Assembly (NCBI GenBank): GCA_038247415.1
Contig: JBBRUX010000045.1
Coordinates: 1-31,247 of the forward strand
DNA length: 31,247 nucleotides
DNA from: Chitinivibrionales bacterium
Lineage (GTDB): Bacteria > Fibrobacterota > Chitinivibrionia > Chitinivibrionales > WJKA01
Reading direction: 5' to 3'
Part shown: positions 1-9,229 of the stretch, in pieces
Layout: each line of letters starts with the position of its first letter
How positions within the stretch are numbered: position 1 is the first letter of the stretch
Translations under genes and position numbers: made by a program
The notes under the pieces: model-generated
Database searches by the model: none
The model's input: only the letters and a program-made list of their open reading frames with translations
Told to the model about the DNA's origin: nothing

Positions 1-2530
1 CACCATTGACATCGGCAGAGTCCTGGGCAAGAGCTCCACCATTCCAGTTTATATATACCTTCTTTACAACTTTGTTGGGGTCGGTTGATTTTATCGTGTA
101 GCCAACGGGGCGGAAAGCAAAGAGTGCGTCTTCGCTTACCGACAGTGTAACGGCAGTGACATACGGATAACCAGCCTTGACAATTACAGAGTCTTTGTAT
201 GCCACAGAAATGTTATTGTCATCGTCTTTTACTTTTATGTAGAGGTACTTCTTGCCGCTGTCTGCGAAGGTGTGCCGTAGCGTTGCATCTGTTGACCATG
301 CGCTGTAATTTGTGCCGTCATAGGATACCTGATATCCTGTGATAGTCCCATTGTCTTCTGCGGCAATTGTAAACTGGGTGTCCGTTGCCAAAAAGCATGA
401 ATCTGGTTGCAGGCTTAATACGCGGGGGTTCCCCTGGTCAACGATCAGGCTATCGGGAGCATTGTAGGTCGTGGAAACCTGTCCGTCATCATCCGTTGCG
501 GTCAAAGAGAATTTGTAGGCTTTGGCAGTAGTAAAAGTCAATTGAATGGTTGTATCAACAAATTGCCTGTTTGTTGCGATTTGCAAGGGTGAAGTCTGCC
601 CCCACGAAACACTCAGGTTCTTGACTGTCCCGTTCGTATCGTGTGCAAATATCCGCAACCCAACAGCACGGTTCAAATACGCTACAGTAGCGGAAAGTTT
701 TGTGCTGTCGACAATCGGTTTCCCTGTAATTACATCAATAGTACGTGTCGCAAGCGTTATAGCACTATCGCCCTTGCTGTTTGAACACCAGATACGTACC
801 GTGCGCTTGCCGGGTGCAGAATAATTTTTGTCAACGTATTGAACTGTCGTTGTGGTATCCCACGTGCCATTATTATCGAAATCCCATTTCCACTGAATAA
901 TCGAATCGTTCGCGTTTCCTGGCAGTGCTGTTCCATCATGACGAATAATATCATTGATGAATATCGATGTATCAACAGTCAATTTCTGGAAATAGGGCTT
1001 GTTCGTTGCAACATGAACAACAATGGCTACCGTATCCGATGTGAAATTGTCGTTGTCAAGTGCCCACACCCGAATACGTTGATCACCGGGAGCGATGAAG
1101 GTCATTCTGAGAGTGTCTTCTGTAAGCTTGCGTGTTGTAGTATCTGCATCCGACTTATAATAGATACCCCTAACAACCCCATCGAGGTTGGTGTCTGAGG
1201 CTTTTACATAAACTTTTATTCCGGCATTCAGAGTTGTGCTGACTTCAGTCGCCGTAACTTGAACGATTGGCCGGCTGGCAATAACATTTACAATCGCAGT
1301 TTTTCGGTAGGTTGAATCTACGCCAATCACGGCAATAACACTTTGTGTGAATTGTTTCGTCCCATTGAAACGGGCAGTCCGAACACCGGCAAGCGTCGTT
1401 ATGGTATCTTCGGCAGTGGTGTTAATTGTACACCAAAAATACTGTACATCGGCATCGGGAACATGTTGACCATTGCGACTAACATGAACTTTCCACATAT
1501 TCCCGGTTCGTGCTTGAACGGTTGTCGGGAAAGAGTCTACAACAAGTTCATAGGTGAACGACTGTGGAACGATAAGAACCGTATCACTTGTACCGATCAC
1601 ACCAATCTTGTTCTTAGCGGTAACAATTACGGTATCGGTGGTGCTATCCGGCCAGGTAAGTGTGAGAAGCGGGGCCGAAGTTGTTGTATCGATATTGAGC
1701 AGAATGCTTCGCCACCAGACGGAATCTGCATCGGTAAGGTTTACACTCAGGGAATATGCTTTGTTGACTGGAACGGATATGGAATTTTCTGCAAAGGATA
1801 CTTGAGGCGTGCCGGTGGGCCGCACTCGCAGCTGGAGAGTTTTGAGCGCGACCATATTCCCGCGAATGTCCCTGATGGTTGCACCAACACTAAAGTCTTC
1901 GGATAGAGCTGCTTTTCGAGTGAAAGACGATGTCAGTTTTGTACTATCGACTTTTGTATCATCAACGAACCAGAGTACGCGTAAACTGGTGTCGGAAAGT
2001 AGTGGCTGAAGATTTCCAATGTGGAAACTCACCATCAGCCCGCTGCCAAGCGTCGAGGAGTCCACGCATACCCTGAACGGATTACTGACTTTTACCTTAA
2101 TTAATGTATCAATAAATGGCTGTTTGTTTCTCATTATACCAACAAATGAAACCGGCCCATCGTACGTTTTAACAAAGTACATTCGCAGCGCAGTATCAGA
2201 TTGCGGGTCGTGAGGGATGTGCACATACGCAGAATCAATCGCACCGGCAGGGGTCGTGATTCCATGGAATGTCCAGTAGTGGTCGCGGCCTGTTTCCGTC
2301 CAGCGCACCAAGTACGGCGTAAAAACCCGCAGGCTGTCGAGCTTCAGGGTGTCGGTATTGATAGTGAAAGAATACCCGTCTGACGGGTAGTTCTGATCAA
2401 ATGGCGTGACCGGGAGCAGATTTTGTTGGGAACAATCGAGCACGCCAACAAGTGCTCCTGCACCTACGAGATAACAGAGCACCCAAAGTACTTTTGTCAA
2501 TACAGCCGTCTTTGTTTTTGAAGCGCCCAT
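1..2530 (-). CDS. Large exported PKD/Ig-like repeat protein (>843 aa, 3' end beyond window start); possible lipoprotein
   Basis: Absent from the ORF track because it has no stop in the window. Manual translation is open from ATG 2530 (RBS GGAGG upstream) to base 1. It begins MGASKTKTAVLTKVLWVLCYLVGAGALVGVLDCSQQ (hydrophobic leader then Cys). Recurring PKD-like motifs: WKWDFDNNGTWD, YSAPGKRTVRIW, TFTTAKAYKFSLTATDDDG, TFADSGKKYLYIKVKDDDN. Confidence 0.85.
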   Translation of the reverse strand, partial: MGASKTKTAVLTKVLWVLCYLVGAGALVGVLDCSQQNLLPVTPFDQNYPSDGYSFTINTDTLKLDSLRVFTPYLVRWTETGRDHYWTFHGITTPAGAIDSAYVHIPHDPQSDTALRMYFVKTYDGPVSFVGIMRNKQPFIDTLIKVKVSNPFRVCVDSSTLGSGLMVSFHIGNLQPLLSDTSLRVLWFVDDTKVDSTKLTSSFTRKAALSEDFSVGATIRDIRGNMVALKTLQLRVRPTGTPQVSFAENSISVPVNKAYSLSVNLTDADSVWWRSILLNIDTTTSAPLLTLTWPDSTTDTVIVTAKNKIGVIGTSDTVLIVPQSFTYELVVDSFPTTVQARTGNMWKVHVSRNGQHVPDADVQYFWCTINTTAEDTITTLAGVRTARFNGTKQFTQSVIAVIGVDSTYRKTAIVNVIASRPIVQVTATEVSTTLNAGIKVYVKASDTNLDGVVRGIYYKSDADTTTRKLTEDTLRMTFIAPGDQRIRVWALDNDNFTSDTVAIVVHVATNKPYFQKLTVDTSIFINDIIRHDGTALPGNANDSIIQWKWDFDNNGTWDTTTTVQYVDKNYSAPGKRTVRIWCSNSKGDSAITLATRTIDVITGKPIVDSTKLSATVAYLNRAVGLRIFAHDTNGTVKNLSVSWGQTSPLQIATNRQFVDTTIQLTFTTAKAYKFSLTATDDDGQVSTTYNAPDSLIVDQGNPRVLSLQPDSCFLATDTQFTIAAEDNGTITGYQVSYDGTNYSAWSTDATLRHTFADSGKKYLYIKVKDDDNNISVAYKDSVIVKAGYPYVTAVTLSVSEDALFAFRPVGYTIKSTDPNKVVKKVYINWNGGALAQDSADVNG

Positions 2531-2557
2531 GGTCGCCTCCTTCTATAGGTATCGATT

Positions 2558-3481
2558 CTAAAAAGGTATCGAAATAGTTAGCCCAGCCAGTCCGATTGCT
2601 GTAAGCGCCCAACCGATTCTGGTATATTTTTGATGATTCTGAACTTGACTTTTAAGATCTTGCGCTTTTTGATAGTTTGCTTCATTGACATCGTTGAATT
2701 TTGTTAATAGTATATAATCGCGTGAAGCTTGCCGTGCGGCGCCATCCTCAATGAAGACAAGGCTGGTTCCACCTATCAGAAAAACTCCGGAAAACACCAT
2801 GGAGAGCACATCGTTTCTGTGCTCTTTTTTCTGGAGGGGCGGAAAAATTCTTGTAAGTACACTCCGCGGCGGCATTTTTATTGATAAGTAAAGACTTGGA
2901 AATTGAAATCGCTCAAGCATATCGCCTTTGATAGGAATATCGGTTTCGCCAACTCGCAGATTGCTAATTTCATTATCTCTAAACCATGCGGTATCAATTG
3001 ACACAAATTGAGAAGAAGTATCGATTGAGATACCAATTGTGCTGTTGCTCACTCGTGTAAATTTCATGTCAAGGTGTCCGTCTTTTTCAACGCGAATACC
3101 TTCCCAAGCTAGCGGAAGCTCCTTGGCAGGTGGATTAAGGTAGTCCCCGCGCGGAAGGGATAGCAGGCTGACTTGATCTTTCCAGTTTCCTTCGCAAAAA
3201 AGCGAACCTCGTACTATTATTCTAGCTCCACGCGAAACGAAAACGAGAGCGCCAGCTCTGATGTTTACGGTTTTCCCTTTTTCGATGGTAAGATCTCCCA
3301 CGATAACAGCCGTTCCCGAAATTTCGCTATCATAGAATCCCGAAAGCGGAATGTATTGCTTTGTTTTTCTGAAGTGGTCGATTTCCGTTTCGGACATCTG
3401 CTGTGGCTGACTCCAAACAGTCTGGAGAGCCGTGAAAACAATCAGAGTCATTGCAGCATGCAGTGTCTTGTTAAATGACAT
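2558..3481 (-). CDS. Exported protein with beta-helix-like module and C-terminal two-TM hairpin
   Basis: Start reassigned to ATG 3481 (GGAGA RBS). Signal peptide MSFNKTLHAAMTLIVFTALQTVWS. Module GDLTIEKGKTVNIRAGA...IIVRGSLFCEG...WEGIRV. Two hydrophobic segments, ending GLTISIPF. Confidence 0.75.
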   Translation of the reverse strand: MSFNKTLHAAMTLIVFTALQTVWSQPQQMSETEIDHFRKTKQYIPLSGFYDSEISGTAVIVGDLTIEKGKTVNIRAGALVFVSRGARIIVRGSLFCEGNWKDQVSLLSLPRGDYLNPPAKELPLAWEGIRVEKDGHLDMKFTRVSNSTIGISIDTSSQFVSIDTAWFRDNEISNLRVGETDIPIKGDMLERFQFPSLYLSIKMPPRSVLTRIFPPLQKKEHRNDVLSMVFSGVFLIGGTSLVFIEDGAARQASRDYILLTKFNDVNEANYQKAQDLKSQVQNHQKYTRIGWALTAIGLAGLTISIPF

Positions 3482-3735
3482 GGTATCTCCGGTCGAAACT
3501 GACAATAGCGGCGGTATGCCGAGAAGTTAACAATAATGTATAAAAATATACTTTGGCATGGCTTTGTGGGTAGTACAATTGTCGATAGTGCAACCATTTA
3601 CGCAGCGTGTGCGCTTTGCAACTTCGACTTTCTATACCTTGGCAGACTAGCAGAATATATTTTAAAAAAAGTTTTGTTGAGCCGGATTCAACGGCACTGT
3701 TTCTAAATTATGAATATGTAAAGAAATGAGACTGT

Positions 3736-4284
3736 ATGTGTTGGCAGGCGAGGTTGCTTTTGCATTCCAAAATTTTTCTGGTTTCAATGACCTTCCTGTG
3801 TCATTTTATTCTGGTCAGCTCTGCATCCGCGCAACAAGCAGCAAACGTCTCCCCTATCGATGCCACTTTTAATCTTTCCAATCTGAATATATCGGCATTC
3901 TCGGCACGCCAGGAAACCAATCCGCTCCTATTCAAAAATTCTCCTGCGGGCCAGCCCGTTGTAACGAGACCCCACTGCAAAATTCGCACTGCCCTTTCCT
4001 GGGGCTTTGGTGCTATAATGATTGGAACGGCCGCTGGCTATATGATATACAGCCTCAACGTTGCGCAGAAAGACGATGAGATCCACAATGGCACAACACT
4101 AGAAATTGTTTCGCATGCTGATACCCAACGTCGGTCGTACATATCTTTGCGAACTCTCTGTGGAACCGCTTTTCTTGCAAGCGCTACTGCATTTACTATC
4201 ACCGTAACCATTCCCCTTGGTGGCGATGACTGCGAGACCTTCCCTGATAAAATTGCGCCCCTCTTCAAGAAGAAGGGGACGTGA
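3736..4284 (+). CDS. Hypothetical exported/membrane protein with C-terminal two-TM hairpin
   Basis: 182-aa ORF with a signal-peptide-like N-terminus (..ILVSSASA) and two hydrophobic segments (ALSWGFGAIMIGTAAGYMIY; LCGTAFLASATAFTITVTIP). First gene of a tightly packed + strand run. Exact start uncertain. Confidence 0.65.
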   Translation: MCWQARLLLHSKIFLVSMTFLCHFILVSSASAQQAANVSPIDATFNLSNLNISAFSARQETNPLLFKNSPAGQPVVTRPHCKIRTALSWGFGAIMIGTAAGYMIYSLNVAQKDDEIHNGTTLEIVSHADTQRRSYISLRTLCGTAFLASATAFTITVTIPLGGDDCETFPDKIAPLFKKKGT

Positions 4285-4288
4285 TCCG

Positions 4289-5260
4289 ATGATACCTTTC
4301 GGTAAAATTAAATTTGCTCTAAAATCAATGCCTGCTTGTGTTTGGGCACTTCTCTTGGTGCCTGTTGCGAACGCAGGCCAAAGCACGGCCACAGGATTTG
4401 GACCAGAACGTGCCGATTATCAGAAAAACGGCACGATTATGCTTCAAGGTACATTGTCAAGCAATACAACGATAGGGCCGGGCAATTATGTAATAGTCAA
4501 TGATGTGTTCGTACCTCCCACTACTAATTTAAGCATCAGGTCTGGAACAACTATCTGGTTTGAGAACGGAACACGGATTGAAGCTGGTGGATCAATCACT
4601 GCTCTGGGTGATATCTCGAGCCCCATCCGCTTTTTGATTCTGCCAAAAACAGAACGAGAACAAACCGCACTGAGTAGCGATTCTCTATGGGATGGTATTG
4701 CTTTGTCAAGAAATGCTTCGATTGTAATTCGCAATGCTTTTTTTGCAGGATGCCGAATCGGTATTAAGGCTCCAGAAGGTTGCAAGAGCGCATTTGTACA
4801 AAATGTGACTATTGTAAACGGAAGCCCAGCTTTTCAAATGGCTGGAACACCATCTTTGAAAGCCTCGGAAAAACCAATCGACTTTGCCTTTCCAACCCGC
4901 TCTATAAAGCTTTTGCCCGAAAAAACAAATAAAGAAGGCACCTCATGGACGAATGTACACTGGAGCAGAAAACTTCTCACCTATGGCCTTGGGCTTGCTT
5001 CTGTTGCTTTGGCAACGGGTGCTCTTATGGAATCCCTCGAAGCTGACAAATACCATAACCGTGGAAACAAACTCTACCTGGCAGCACTTGATAAATACAA
5101 GGATAATGGGATGCCACAAGATGTCAGGGCTGAATTTCTGGGTACATGGCAGACAGGCGCTAAACATACCGAACAGGCAGGATATCTGACTATAGGTGGC
5201 TCTGTTTGCGTGATTGGGTTTGTGTTCACGATTCCATCGATCCGGAAACATGAAAAATGA
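4289..5260 (+). CDS. Exported protein with beta-helix-like module and C-terminal two-TM hairpin
   Basis: Start reassigned to ATG 4289, 4 nt after the upstream stop. Signal peptide ..LLLVPVANA. Module GNYVIVNDVFVPPTTNLSIRSGTTIWF...GSITALGDISSPIRF...WDGIAL. Ends IGFVFTIPSIRKHEK. Confidence 0.75.
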   Translation: MIPFGKIKFALKSMPACVWALLLVPVANAGQSTATGFGPERADYQKNGTIMLQGTLSSNTTIGPGNYVIVNDVFVPPTTNLSIRSGTTIWFENGTRIEAGGSITALGDISSPIRFLILPKTEREQTALSSDSLWDGIALSRNASIVIRNAFFAGCRIGIKAPEGCKSAFVQNVTIVNGSPAFQMAGTPSLKASEKPIDFAFPTRSIKLLPEKTNKEGTSWTNVHWSRKLLTYGLGLASVALATGALMESLEADKYHNRGNKLYLAALDKYKDNGMPQDVRAEFLGTWQTGAKHTEQAGYLTIGGSVCVIGFVFTIPSIRKHEK

Positions 5261-5970
5261 TTAAATCGATATTCAGATACGTGCCGGTTTCTGTTCTGCT
5301 CATTATGCACTTGCATAGTGGGGGTGCTGCACAGATTTATCTGAGTGGGCCTATCTCAGGCGATATTCCTGCCGGTTCTTATATCATAAAAAATAATATA
5401 GTAGTTTTGCCGGGTAAGAATCTTTTGATACATCCGGGAGTTGAATTGCGGTTCGCTGATAGTGCTAGCTTTGATGTTTATGGATCTGTGCGAGCATTTG
5501 GTTCTTCATCCGACCCTATCAATTTTTCTTCTGTTGGTACTGCACAATGGAAAGGTCTGAGAATTTATCAAGGAGCTGGCCAGATTTTCTTGCAGAGCGT
5601 TTTAATCGCCAATTGCAGCGGCATTCTGGTGAGTGATAATAGAGACAGCCTCAGACTAGATATACAGCGCTGCATTTTCAAAAATTGCAAATCGGCAGTA
5701 TCTGGGACACATGGTATATCTTTTCTAGAAGCAACTGGCAAGCCAATGACATTTAGTTGCGCTTACCCTGGCAATTGCGATTGTTTGAAGGGTTTCGAGC
5801 CTTTTCATACAAGCTCCAAATTCGAATCGCTTGGCATTCCTAAAAGTAAATTGTCTACGAACAAAAATAAATCGGAACAGAAAATTTCACGGCAGGTAAT
5901 GGTTGTCGTGCTTGGTGCCGTAGCGATTGTGTTTGGGGTACAAATGATTTTTGATGTACATGACAGATAA
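5257..5970 (+). CDS. Exported protein with beta-helix-like module and single C-terminal TM anchor
   Basis: ATGA overlap with the upstream gene. Signal peptide present. Module GSYIIKNNIVVLPGKNLLIHPGVELRF...GSVRAFGSSSDPINFSS...WKGLRI. C-terminal VMVVVLGAVAIVFGVQMIF. Confidence 0.75.
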   Translation: MIKSIFRYVPVSVLLIMHLHSGGAAQIYLSGPISGDIPAGSYIIKNNIVVLPGKNLLIHPGVELRFADSASFDVYGSVRAFGSSSDPINFSSVGTAQWKGLRIYQGAGQIFLQSVLIANCSGILVSDNRDSLRLDIQRCIFKNCKSAVSGTHGISFLEATGKPMTFSCAYPGNCDCLKGFEPFHTSSKFESLGIPKSKLSTNKNKSEQKISRQVMVVVLGAVAIVFGVQMIFDVHDR

Positions 5971-5983
5971 AGAGAACTTACGT

Positions 5984-7057
5984 ATGAAAAGAATACTAAC
6001 GCAATTGCTTTTTGTAATCATCTTGTGCGGGGCATCGCACCGCGTAATGGCCACTCGTGCAGACCTGAATGGTGCGCAGAAAGGCACGCTTTTTGCAGGA
6101 GAATACATCGCGCAGGAGCAACTCCACATTGCTGCAGGTGATACCCTCTTTTTGTCGCCCGGGGTTACCATCTATTTTAAAATGTATGCTGGAATCGCCG
6201 TTAAAGGCACTCTGCTTGCCCTAGGAACTCCAGGACAGAAAATAATATTGACATCATACAAAGAGTTGCAGCCAACGGCACTTGATTTTCCCAAGCCTGC
6301 TGATTGGAATGGCATCAAAATTGACAAAAGTTCGCGTTCTGTAATCATGTCAAACGTACAGATAAAATACAGTACCTTTGGCATAGAATCCGCCACGACC
6401 GAACCATCGATCCAACTCAGGGATGTCAGCTTCTTTTCCAACGGGCTTTCAAATCTCACAATAGCAACCAATACAATTCTCCCCTCTGATATGCTAGTCG
6501 GTGATCTGCCGGTTTCATTGTGTCATGGAGAGAATGCAAATACAGGAACAAACATTGCAAATGTAATAAAAAAATATAAGAATATTGCTGGAATAGTGGC
6601 CGGCACGGTAGAACCTGGAGAATATTGTATCAACGGAACGCTTACCATCCCGAAGGGAAGCACATTGACATTTAAGGCACCATGCGTTGTTCGGTTAACA
6701 CCACATTCTTCGATACTTGTCAAGGGCCAAATAAAGACCGATGGTGGATTTTCAGGTACGGATGCGCATTACGCTAAAAAGCCCGGTGTGGTCTTTACTT
6801 CGTACCGTGATGGCACCGCAAACGATAGTGCTAGATTTGGGCCGGGTGCGGGAGATTGGGGCGGGATTAGAATTGCCGCTGGGAGTGATTCTTCGGTGCT
6901 CAAGTCGGTAAGAATCGACTACAGTGCCTATGGCTTACGATTAGAAAGCGGAGCAATGGTTTACGCAGAAGAAATAGATTTTGGTTCACATAATGGGCTG
7001 CTGAAACAGGATGGCCTGCATGACGTAACCACACTACCGGTAACCTTCGATCAATAA
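5984..7057 (+). CDS. Exported protein with two tandem beta-helix-like modules
   Basis: Start reassigned to ATG 5984 (MKRILTQLLFVIILCG.., signal peptide). Module 1: GEYIAQEQLHIAAGDTLFLSPGVTIYF..GTPGQKIILTSY..DWNGIKI..YSTFGI. Module 2: GEYCINGTLTIPKGSTLTF..VVFTSY..DWGGIRI..YSAYGL. Confidence 0.78.
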   Translation: MKRILTQLLFVIILCGASHRVMATRADLNGAQKGTLFAGEYIAQEQLHIAAGDTLFLSPGVTIYFKMYAGIAVKGTLLALGTPGQKIILTSYKELQPTALDFPKPADWNGIKIDKSSRSVIMSNVQIKYSTFGIESATTEPSIQLRDVSFFSNGLSNLTIATNTILPSDMLVGDLPVSLCHGENANTGTNIANVIKKYKNIAGIVAGTVEPGEYCINGTLTIPKGSTLTFKAPCVVRLTPHSSILVKGQIKTDGGFSGTDAHYAKKPGVVFTSYRDGTANDSARFGPGAGDWGGIRIAAGSDSSVLKSVRIDYSAYGLRLESGAMVYAEEIDFGSHNGLLKQDGLHDVTTLPVTFDQ

Positions 7058-8988
7058 CCCGCCGAGCTATTGAGTGCCTCCAGCTTTTTGCCCGCTTCAG
7101 AATAATAAGGATGTTGCGTTTCATTGCTCAGAAGGGTCTGCACCATTTTCCAAGTACTTATTGCCTGCCGAAGATTCTGATCCGTTTTATTCGTTTCGTA
7201 GAGTTCGGTGTACGCATTCGCCAAAAAATACGAGCCTTGTCGGCGCAGGAGTTCAGGCGATGAGATCAAGCTGGATGTACTCATTGATTTGCGCAAATTG
7301 TTGACCGCCGATTGAAGTTTTTTTGCTAACAAAGCCATCTGGCCTTTCTGCAGATAATACGCGCCGTCATCGCATTCGACTTTCTCGAAGAGCTGCAGAG
7401 ATCGTGTCAAACCAAGAATCTTCCCGGCGGCATCGAGGCAACGAATAGCGAGGCTGACCTTTTCTTTTGTGTTAATAGGTGTCGTTGTTAGCAAGGTTGT
7501 GACTTCTAAAAAGTTTCCTAATGCCAATGCGCTTTCGATGCCGGAAGAAAGGTTGCCATTGCGTAAAGTTTTTACCGCCTTTTTCTCTGGCAAAACACTT
7601 TGATCAACAGCACGTGCTTTTTGGGAAAATGCAGAAGTTAGCTCGGAAGAGGCAGCACGTTGTGGCAATTCTTCGGTTGCTTTTGGTACCACCAGGAGCG
7701 CGCCATCAGGCATGCTATCATTATTGACTGATACGTTTTCGGTAAGGTTTGGGGCTGATTGTTGCACACTGTTTTCTTTTTTAGGAACCGCAGTCAATGT
7801 CTGTTTGGGTAGCGTAAAAATTAATACGGCTACAAGTGCTACAAGGATAGCTGCTGCACCTGCGATAGTGGCTGGGTTTACGAACCATTTCTTCTTCTCT
7901 ATACGAATGCTGATTGCGTGCGTGTCCGGTAGTACACCGGGATCTTCCATGAACGCTACCATCGTTTTTTCTGGGGAGAATTTGGTTATTCCATGGTGCA
8001 TTCTCTCTAATGCGTAAAGAAGATCGTCCGCAGTTGTGTATCGGTCTTCCTTATTGTATTCTAGGCACTTATTAATAATCTTGGTGAGTGTAGACGGTAG
8101 TTGCAATCCAAACTCGCTGGGTTTACGGAATTCACTACGTGATTTCGCCTGGAGCAGTTTAGTAATTTCCTGCTGCGGAAAGAGCATTTCACCGGTGATC
8201 ATCTCGAATAGTATCGCCCCTAATGGATAAATATCAGTGCGTTCATCAATGTTATGTCCATCCATCTGCTCAGGAGAAAGATACGGAAGAGTACCTGTGA
8301 TATTGCCATCGATCGTATGCAGACTGGTCTGTGTTGGCCGGGCGATTCCAAAATCCATCAGTTTGACTAAACCCGTCTTGGTAATCATGATATTTTCGGG
8401 CTTGAGGTCACGATGAATTATTCCTTCGTAATGCTTCCCATAGAGCACAAAACGCTGGGAATGGGCATATGCAAGCGCCCGACAAATAAGAATTGCTGCT
8501 GCGGTACAGACCGGCAAAGGAAGGCGGCCATGGTGGCGGATAGTCTGTTTCAAATCGAGTCCATCCAGAAATTCCATTTCAATGAATGGCAGACCATTCC
8601 ATTCATCGACACTATGAATTTCGACTATGTTTTGGTGCCGGAGTTTGGCAGTTATCCGGGCTTCGGTCTCAAATCGTTGATAGGCGTCGTGGGGCATCGA
8701 AGGAAGAAGAATCTTGATAGCCCGGAAGATTTCAAGCTTTTCGACCCAGATCTTGTAAAGCTTTGCCATGCCTCCGCAGCCAATAATGCAAACTATAGTG
8801 CCATTGCCAATTTTGATTGGATCGTTTCCTGATGGAAGCTGCGGTTTTTCGTAGCCACCGGAATTTGGAGCTACGCTCGTGGATAATGGGGCAGAGGAAC
8901 CTTCAATGAAGGTCTTCTCTATCTGGCGCTCCTGATTCGAAAATTCGTTTTTGTTCAAGTCCTGCTTCACCCGGTTGATTTTTTCCAA
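7051..8988 (-). CDS. Hanks-type Ser/Thr protein kinase, single TM, extracytoplasmic helical (TPR-like) C-terminus
   Basis: Kinase motifs IGCGGMA, AIKIL, HRDLKPEN, DFG, GTLPYLSPEQ. TM IAGAAAILVALVAVLIFTL. C-terminus with TPR-like helices (AYYLQKGQMALL, SYFLANAYTELY). The TTG start is uncertain. 7-bp convergent overlap with the neighbouring gene. Confidence 0.93.
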   Translation of the reverse strand: MEKINRVKQDLNKNEFSNQERQIEKTFIEGSSAPLSTSVAPNSGGYEKPQLPSGNDPIKIGNGTIVCIIGCGGMAKLYKIWVEKLEIFRAIKILLPSMPHDAYQRFETEARITAKLRHQNIVEIHSVDEWNGLPFIEMEFLDGLDLKQTIRHHGRLPLPVCTAAAILICRALAYAHSQRFVLYGKHYEGIIHRDLKPENIMITKTGLVKLMDFGIARPTQTSLHTIDGNITGTLPYLSPEQMDGHNIDERTDIYPLGAILFEMITGEMLFPQQEITKLLQAKSRSEFRKPSEFGLQLPSTLTKIINKCLEYNKEDRYTTADDLLYALERMHHGITKFSPEKTMVAFMEDPGVLPDTHAISIRIEKKKWFVNPATIAGAAAILVALVAVLIFTLPKQTLTAVPKKENSVQQSAPNLTENVSVNNDSMPDGALLVVPKATEELPQRAASSELTSAFSQKARAVDQSVLPEKKAVKTLRNGNLSSGIESALALGNFLEVTTLLTTTPINTKEKVSLAIRCLDAAGKILGLTRSLQLFEKVECDDGAYYLQKGQMALLAKKLQSAVNNLRKSMSTSSLISSPELLRRQGSYFLANAYTELYETNKTDQNLRQAISTWKMVQTLLSNETQHPYYSEAGKKLEALNSSAGY

Positions 8989-9229
8989 AAATAAACAGAA
9001 TTAGGTAACAAAATAAATCCCGAACTCGCCCAAAGGAAGTAGGAAAGTAAAATTGGCAAAAAAGGGCTTTTCAAATCAGTTTTTTGACTAATTCTGAAAA
9101 TAGCATCCAAACGCTTTTATTCGGTAATCCGTTGGCGAATTACCGCTCAGTTTTCGACACTACCAAAGGGATATGGCGGGATCTTGCTGGATGTAATCGG
9201 AAAGCATCCCTGCATCCGCCAACATGCTA

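Noticed and set aside
546..2383. Several + strand ORFs (92-187 aa) in the track
   Set aside because: They are antisense shadows of the long minus-strand PKD-repeat gene, with no RBS or family motifs.
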